Assembly (NCBI GenBank): GCA_044892505.1
Contig: CM097882.1
Location: 196,044,001-196,108,000 of the forward strand
DNA: 64,000 nucleotides
Direction of reading: 5' to 3'
From: Schmidtea nova
Lineage: Eukaryota
A program made the translations under genes and the position numbers. Position 1 is the first letter of the stretch, and each line of letters opens with the position of its first letter. The notes under the pieces were generated by a model that saw nothing but the letters and a program-made list of their open reading frames with translations, did not search any database and was not told the DNA's origin. Below, piece by piece: positions 12,149-21,278 of the stretch.

Positions 12149-15100
12149 GGTTGTTATTAGTAATATAATTTTTATATAAAGAATTAAAAAGAGATTTTTT
12201 TGAAGGTTGGAATTGGGAAAGATGAGTCCTATGAGAAAGGTAAAATTCCTTATAAGATTTAACTTCAATAATTTTACATTTTGGGCAGAGGAGGTGGGTG
12301 ACACCATTATATTTATAGGTATAGTACTTTTCCATAATGACATGACAGTCATTATGGAAACGACTATTACAAAAATTGGTATATGTTAAACCTGAATATA
12401 TGGAAAAAATTAAAATATAATTTAAATAATAATTATAATAATTATAAAAAATAATATCATCATCAATATTCTTTTTATTATTATTAATATAAAATAATTC
12501 CTAATTAATATAAAAGTTTTCATCATTATTTCGTCATATTAGCCTTCTTTTTGGACATTAAACAAAAAAAAATATTATCATCTAAATCTGTCTTGTTTAT
12601 CTTGGTAATTTACCTTTTAACTTATTAAGTAATTGTTTTAAATATGTTACTTAATAAGTTAAAAGGTAAATTAATATAAAAATTAATATAAAAATAATAT
12701 AAAATTCAATATAAAATTCAATATAAAAATAATATAAAATTCAATATAAAATTCAATATCAAAATTCAATATCAAAATATTTTTCATTATAACGTTAATT
12801 ATTCATAAAAAATAAAATCTTCATCATTTCATATTATTATTGTTCATCATTATTTCTTCATCATTCTTTGTCATAATAATAATAATTCAGCTTCTTCATT
12901 TCGTCATAACAAATTCTGCATTTCATATAATTATTTCTTCATAATATTCTTGGTCATAATAATTCATCTTATTCATTTCATAATAACAAATTCAACATAA
13001 TATCCTTTTAACTTATTAAGTAATTGTTTTAAATATTTTACTTAATAAGTTAAAAGGTAAATTACTATAAAAATAATATAAAAATAATATAAAATTCAAT
13101 ATAAAAAAAAAAAAAAAATCAATATAAAATATTTTTTCATTATAACGTTAATTATTCATAAAAAATAAAATCTTCATTATTTCATATTATTGTTCATCAT
13201 TATTTCTTCATATTATTCTTTGTCATAATATTAATTCTTCTTCTTCTTTATTTCATCGTAACAAATTCTGCATTTCATATAATTATTTCTTATGTCACTT
13301 CATTTCATAATAACATCATAACAAATTAAACATAATAATTTCATTATTTTTAAAAGTTATTATTATTATATTAAAAGATTTAATTAAAAAATATTATTAT
13401 TATTATTATTATTATATAAATAAATAAGAATAAATTACATTTAGAGTTTTTAAAACTCTGTCCATTCAGTTTCATGGCATCATCGTTACTCGGGACATCA
13501 TTCATAATAATCGGTTCATTTAAAATCGTCTCATCGGCATCCATATCTACAGCATTCATATTTTCTAAAAAATAATTTAACAATAATGAAAATTAAAATA
13601 TTATTAATTTTACTGATAATTCTTTTCGTATTTCCAAGTCCACTTGAGGTTCCGGCCATATTGATCGATAAATTAACACCTAAAAAAAAAAAAGATTAAT
13701 ATAATTAAATAAAAAAATAATAATTTTACTGTTAAGGCCTCCCGCGATCCGCTTCGATTTATTAATATTTGATAAATTATTCATATTTAGAAAATTTCTT
13801 GAAAATTTTTGATAGATTTAAAATTTGAAAGTAAAAAGTGACGAAATAATTCAAGTATATACTATATAAAGGTGAATTTTATTAACCGACCAATCAGAAT
13901 CGAGATAGGATAGGCAAATACATGCACACATACTGCACACATAATATATCTTTGTTTATGTGTGTTTGACGTCACGATATTGCTTTGTATCGTGACAAAG
14001 ACATGACATGTGCTTATCACGCATTGATCACGCACTGGTCATGCCTTTGTGATGAAAATAATAATATTTATAATTAATAATAATAAAAATAATAATTAAT
14101 AAAAATAATAATTAATAAAAATAATAAAATAATAAAATACATTTATTGCTTTAAATAATCAACAACAGCAGACAAGCACCCTTTATAGGCACACATGCAA
14201 TGATCTTTATAGGGACATGAAATGTTTTCAGGAACATATTCAACATCTTTATAATTATATTTAATTAATCTTAATTTGGGGAAATACTTCTTCAAAACAT
14301 ACATCTTTTCATTATCGGTAACATAGAAAATAGCTCCTTTATCTGTAATATCATCCATTATACATTTTGGGCAAAAATAATCTTGTCCTTCAAACGATTC
14401 TATACGATCAGGCCATAAAGATAAATCACTGTATATATAATACTGAGGTGTGAAAATATTATTGACATTCATAATACATAATTCCTTAATTGTTGTTCCA
14501 CCCATTTCATTATATCCATAAAAATCGATAAAATAACAAGACATTTTTTCAAATAAAGTTTATTAAAATAAATTGTTTATAACATTGATTTCAACCATGC
14601 AAGGCAATGTTCACCACAAGTGATTGTTAAAGGATGCTGATACCGAATTCTATTATACACAATAGGTTTACCGATAGTTTGTAGTTTTCGAACAAGTAAA
14701 TTCGGATAATAATATCCAAAGGGATCAAATACATGTATTCGATCTGGTTTCACATAAACTGCAATCCAATGTTCACCGCCCAACGTAGATGTCTGAGTAT
14801 TTACAATGATGGCTTGATTCATTTTCAAATAAGGTATTTTATCGAGAGGAAATACTCCAATAAATTGATTTCCCAATAGTTTTTTACCTTGTTGTAATAC
14901 CTGAAAAGAACTATTTCAAAATAAATAACTAATCAATTAAAAATCTTACTCCATAATAATAATAATAAAAATAATAACTTTGATCATTTATACTGTTTAA
15001 GCTTTGCTCAAAATACAAATGTTTAAGCTCAAACCAATAATGTTTGAGCTCTGCTCAAACCAGTATTGTTCGATTGGCAGTAATTTGAACTTCATTTTCA

Positions 15101-18100
15101 AAAACTCCATAAATAACTACATGAACCGGTTCATCAATAGGTTTGGCAAACTTTATATCGAGTCGTAAATTTCCGTTTTGAGGGATTTGGCTTTGATTCA
15201 AATCAAAATCGGGAGCCAGAACAAATGTAAAGAATGGATAACTAGATTTAAATTCATCTAGACCAATACCACAATTCAAGTTTTTATCCAAATAACCTAG
15301 ATTTCGGACAAGACTTTGCATATATGATGCACTAAAATTATCATTTTCAAAATCCTGGGTATATGTTTCACGATAATCGGTATTTTTCGACAATGTTAAT
15401 GAAGTCACATTAAAATGTTTGAATGTTGATGTTGACTCGGTATAAGACCCATTATATTGATTTTCAGATTGAAAAGCCACAAGAATGAAATTAGGCATTC
15501 GTCTATCTCCAAATATTTGCTCCTTGTAAAATGACGATGCCCCTTTACCGATAGCAAACGATACGATTTCTTTAGATTTTAATGGATAAATTGCATGTTT
15601 TTTATTTAAACCAATTTGATGACCGGCCAATACTGAAGAATCACATCGAACTCTTCTTACCATTAATTTTGCATCAACTATTTGGATAACTGGTTTCCCA
15701 GCTGCAGATTTCAATGATAATGCAGAATCAGATCGCTTCAATCTAATATGTACATTAACTCCGGGAAGTAAGTATTTAGGTTGATCCATAAAATCCAGTT
15801 GTAATGACGAACACATGTTGAAAAGTTTAGATCCCTTTATCCATTTTTTCCGATCGTCGGCTGAACCATATCCCATTGGAGTAAGACACGTTTCTTTAGC
15901 ATCATTCGTATAATTTAAAATAGTTTCGATTATTGCCTTGTGTGCATATGTATTGTTTCCACCCTCGATTTTTATATTATTAAATCCGAGAATTACATCT
16001 TTGAAAAGTGTATGAAACAAATAATTATTGGGAACTACATCACTCACATCAGCTAGAGCTTTTTTATCTTTATCTACAACCTTGATTGTAACGGACAATA
16101 ATGTATCGTTCAAATCCAAATATTCGGTTTGAGAACCATTAATGTAAAATTCAACATCATTTCTACTATCTGTAATTGAATTCATTGGAAACACATCTTC
16201 AAACGCCCCATATTCAATAACTGCTTGAGGTGATGGTCGATCAAAAAGACATAATTCAGATTTACCGCAAATCATTCTTCAAATATAGTTCCATGACCTT
16301 TCATTCGTTTGTTTATACGTTTTCGTTTACGTCTTGGTCCTACCGGTACAGATTCCGGTTCCTTATTTTTTGTAAACATACTTGTAATTGTAGGAAGCAT
16401 TTGTGTTACAGCAGGTATAGCTTTATTAACTGCGGCCAAAGCATTGGTTTTCAATGACGGTAATATTTTATTATCTTTCATGAGAACGTCCTTGGCAGTA
16501 TTCATTCCGAAATTACCTAGTCGTCTAAGAATTGGAAGTGCAAATCTCCCAATAGTTTTCAACCAACCTGATCCGTACTGTTTACCGACAAAATACGGTA
16601 ATTCGCCACCAGTTTGGCTATCACTGTACATTGAAACTATATCGGGATTACTCATCGTTTTTTCGAAAATGTAGAGTTAAGTGAGTTTTTGAATCTTTTG
16701 GAAATTTTATAAATCTTCCACTGTCATCCCGGATATTTATTTCTATATTGTTTATACAAGATGTTGAAACAGGTAAATACATTGGATTTTCAACTTGTAT
16801 TTGAACAATTTCATCTGGCTCGTATTTTTCAATCCATACCGATTTTAGTAAAGGAACCAAGGAATCACCAACAATAATGGGTTCGATAATGTTTGTATAC
16901 ACGAATAATTGCTGATGAAGTTTAGATATTTTCGGTTGACGAACACCAGAAATGATATTTTTATCGGTAAATGTATCCTTATCTAATCCCAATGTATTGA
17001 CCAAGTATTTATCAAATCTGACTTTATTGATTTTTTCTTTGAGTTTGAATTTGAACAATTTATTTAATTCGACAACTGTAAAAATATCCGAACAATTATC
17101 GCTAATATATTTCTGTAATTCATCTAGATGCGTTATATACAACTCCTCCTTGAAGGTGAATACATGTCCTTCTTGACGATCATACGATATAGTAAAAGTA
17201 ATTATTTCTTCATCGTTACTGGCCAAGTTTTGCATAACTTTGAATTCACATTCTTCTTCATTACATTTTATTGTCAGTTTATTACTTCCCATTCGTTTTG
17301 CTACATCAAGATCGTTAAATGTAATTGTATAAGGAACAACATTACACGTGAGAATTATTTTTCCACTTCGTTGCCACATTTCGATATCCGGATCAATTGT
17401 GTGAGTTGGAACATTCAGATGACCACTATTATTATATATCGAGAAAAATGCATTTGCAACAATTGTTTTCGTAATATAGTAATATATTTTACAATAACTA
17501 TAAAATGGAAAAGGTTGGTAAACAAATGTAAAATCCATTAGAGCAACTTCCCAATTTCCGTTTAAATAAATTGGATTAGGTAAATTCACCATGAATTTAC
17601 TTGCGGTATTATCCGGATGGATATTCGGACAACTATTGCTCGGTAAAATAGTGTAAAAATTCACTTTACTAGATTTTTTGACGAGATCCATGATGGTTCT
17701 TTATATCCATGCCATTTAACATAGTATTGTTTATCCTTACCCACCATTTTAGTCTTCAAAATCTTTTGAATTCTAAATATCGTAGGTTTAGGAATAACTT
17801 GTAATTCTTGTTCGTAGAATTTGCCGCTGATTATATTGTTATCAGAGTCACGAATAGTATACATGACAGGATTCTGCACTGTGTTGACTTTCGATATTTG
17901 ATATACCTCATCACTCCAATTATTATCAAAATTTTTAACGAATGGCGATGTACTAATCTTGCTAATTCGAACATGATCATCAACTTTATATTTTGGTTTC
18001 TTTACTTTCACTTCACTCACAATATTTTCAGTATCAACTACTTCTGCCGGTTTCCTGCCATTTATACCCCGATGAGCACTATGATTATAACTATGAATCA

Positions 18101-21100
18101 ATTGAGGTAAGACATTAATCCAGGTTTTATTGCCTTTAAAAACAAAGTATTTTTTCAATCGATCACGCAAAGTTCGATTAAATCTCTCGACATGAGCGGC
18201 TTTGAATTGTGAGAATACCGAATAATGATTTATTCCCTTGATTACTTCCTTGACTTTACTGTTGTAAAATTCCTTTCCTAAAAAATATTAAATTTATAAA
18301 TTTAAATTAAAATTTACCCAAATCCGTTTGTAAATTAGTTGGCCGATCCTTTTTCATCATTGTCTTGATAGCAATTGCCATATCATTAGCAGATTTTGAT
18401 TTTACTCCAATTGCTCGAGCAAATCTACTGTAAACATCAATACACGTTAAAATATACTTGTACCCCTTGTTAATTTTGGAATACGGAATCATTTCCATCA
18501 AGTCCATTTGCCACAAATCATTGATTCTATATGTTTTATATGCTCGAGTTGGAAATCGTTTCAACATCGGCTTGTTTAGACTGTATGCAAGTTGCCCCGA
18601 TAACCAACTTTGTGTCTGTTGTTTCGACTTCTGTGCTTTTTTCCTTAGCTTTTCGACTCCACCGAAACCGGCGTCGTCTTTTGGGTTCGTCCAGATCTTC
18701 TCCATTGCAACAAGAAGATTTAAAGTTTAAATTTAAATTAGGTAATGATTGACCCATTGTTTATGACTTTCTTTTTCCCAATAAACCAGCACCTCCCAAT
18801 AAAGATAATGCTAATGGTAACAATGCTGCAATAAAACCACCTTGTTGTTTATATATTACTTTGCGCATAAGTTTTTTATTTTTTGAGTTTACTAGCGACA
18901 ACAATGGTTTTTTATGTTTGTTCAAAACACGGCGATTAGATGGAGTTAGATTTATTTTACCTCGCACGACTTTAATTAAAATAGAGAGTAAATCATCGAT
19001 GACGTAACTAGGAAACGATTGAAGAATACCCATTCTTCTAACGGAAGGGGCTTTAAGTAATGCATTAAAAAACGGTAAACTACGATGATGTGTTTGTTTA
19101 GCATTAGATTTCAAATTATTTTTGGGAATATTATCCATAAGTATTTTCTTGGATTTCTTTCTTGATTTCTTTATAGATTTCTTTGTAAATAGTTTCTTTG
19201 TTTTCTTTCCCGCTTTCTTTGTTCTAGCCTTTATCAATGGCTCAAACTTTACTCGAGATTTCATTAACATGATTACGATTGTAAACAGAATTAACTTTGT
19301 TTATAAACCATGGCTCCTTCAGGGTTAAAAATATCAGTTCTAACGCGTAAATCATCACTGCATTGTTGAGTAAAATCCAGGAAAATATATCCATGAGGAG
19401 ATTTTGTAGCATCTTGAAAGGCTTCAATCAAAAAGTTACGATTAGAAGGATAAGCTTGTCTTGCCAGAAAATCAATAACTGTTGCATCTCTAGGATTTTT
19501 AAAAACAACAAGATATTGAACATTTAAATTACGAGTTCGATGACTACCGCCCTGATGAAATAAATTCTGAGTTATAAAAATAACAGTAACACCTTTATGT
19601 CTACTGATTTTCGTAAATAAGTTATTGAAATCCTTTTCTTTATTTGCTTCTTGATACAAGTCGTCAATGATAATCACATCACCATGTTTTAATCTAGATG
19701 ACCAGTTTTTATCGAAACCTTTAATGATTGTCATTTTTATTTTACAAAACTGATCTTGTGTCATTCCACTTTCGTCGTCAGCTCCCCTATGCCAATAAAT
19801 ATTATTAAATTTTGACTTGAATAATTTCGATTGCAATAATTTACAAACAAATAAAGTTTTTCCACTCCCGCTCGGACCAACAATTTGAAACACTGCATCA
19901 TTTCTTAATTCCATATTTAAAACTTATATTTTGTTAATATTATTGTTTATATTTGTTTTAAATACCTGTTCTCAAAGTAATTATTTCATTTAAAAATATT
20001 TTCAGTAATGATTAGAAACATTAATTACAAAGGTAAGACAGATGTATCACACATGAAATTTCCAAATGGAAAACCCCAGCAAATTGTAGATCGAAGTGGG
20101 AAATACCCAATAATATACTTTAAATCAGGAAGATATAGAATAATGGGATGCAGAGAATTTATTAGTGACGAACAAGTTGAGTTTTACGATTTAAAGATAC
20201 AATCGATAACTGTAACTGCGGATTTAGGATTTATTTGTAATTTGAATGAATTATCGAAATTAATACCGTGTGTTTACGAGCCAGAATTATTTCCAGCTTT
20301 GAGATATATCAAATATAATCCCATGTGTGTAAATATATTTACAAGCGGGAAATTAGTCATATTAGGATTAAAAAACAAAGACTATAGTACTATAGTTGAT
20401 GATATTATTTACGATATAAAATCAATTATAGAAGATAAAGCCTTTGTTGATTTCATACTAACATGTGACTCATGACTGCAATATCGATGCATTAGAAATG
20501 CACGATTCTGATTGGCTCTGTGTGTATCGATAGAATAAAGACATGTTGTGCATGCTTCATTCTGATTGGTTCATTATGTGTGTTTCAAATCATGTGTGTT
20601 TCTTTGATATATATACTATGAACAATCTCACATAGTTTATATTCACAATTATGTCGATGACCCAAACTTTAATTAAAAGCCGTAAGGATTTTAATTTTTA
20701 ATTTTTCATATTTTATATTATTATTATTTTAGATAAATTAATGAACGTAATATATCGCAAATTGGAGGAGCTGTTCCCGAACCTGATGCCTGCTCTGGTC
20801 TACACGGCTCCTGAGATGTTCCCGTACAAGATTATGGTCTTGACGGGAATCGACATCAATCAGATTGTGCTCGATCATATGACGAGCCAGAATACGGATC
20901 TCCCAATGGTACCCGAGCACATTATGTGCGCTTATCAATGCGGGAGCTGCGTGGAAAGAATCCGGCAGTTTAATATCTGGGTTTTGAGGAATTCCCTCAA
21001 ACTCTATGATGTTCAACAAATGGACAAAATCGAGGAGGAGGAGCAGGAGGACCAAATCAAGGAAACATGGCCCAACTCAACTCCGGAGCCGACTGATGAA

Positions 21101-21245
21101 ACAACAACAACAACAACAGAATTGGAAGCACCAACTCTAGATGGTCCGTTTCCATCCGATGAATCCAATGATTGTATGGAATCGCCACAATCACCGGATT
21201 GTGCAGAATGCCATCGACAAGCTGATGGTGGTGATAATGAAGAAG

Positions 21246-21278
<33 letters not shown>

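Noticed and set aside
7958-12389. + strand ORFs opposite pPolB (poly-V, poly-L, 10623..10967)
   Set aside because: Antisense shadows of the poly-Q and poly-N tracts and of the polymerase frame.
19977-20005. Intron giving the TBP-like gene an upstream exon
   Set aside because: Only 29 nt long, and there is no in-frame ATG before the ATPase start.
21160-21215. LxCxE Rb-binding motif in the acidic ORF
   Set aside because: NDCME and PDCAE lack the Leu; kept only as a weak hypothesis.
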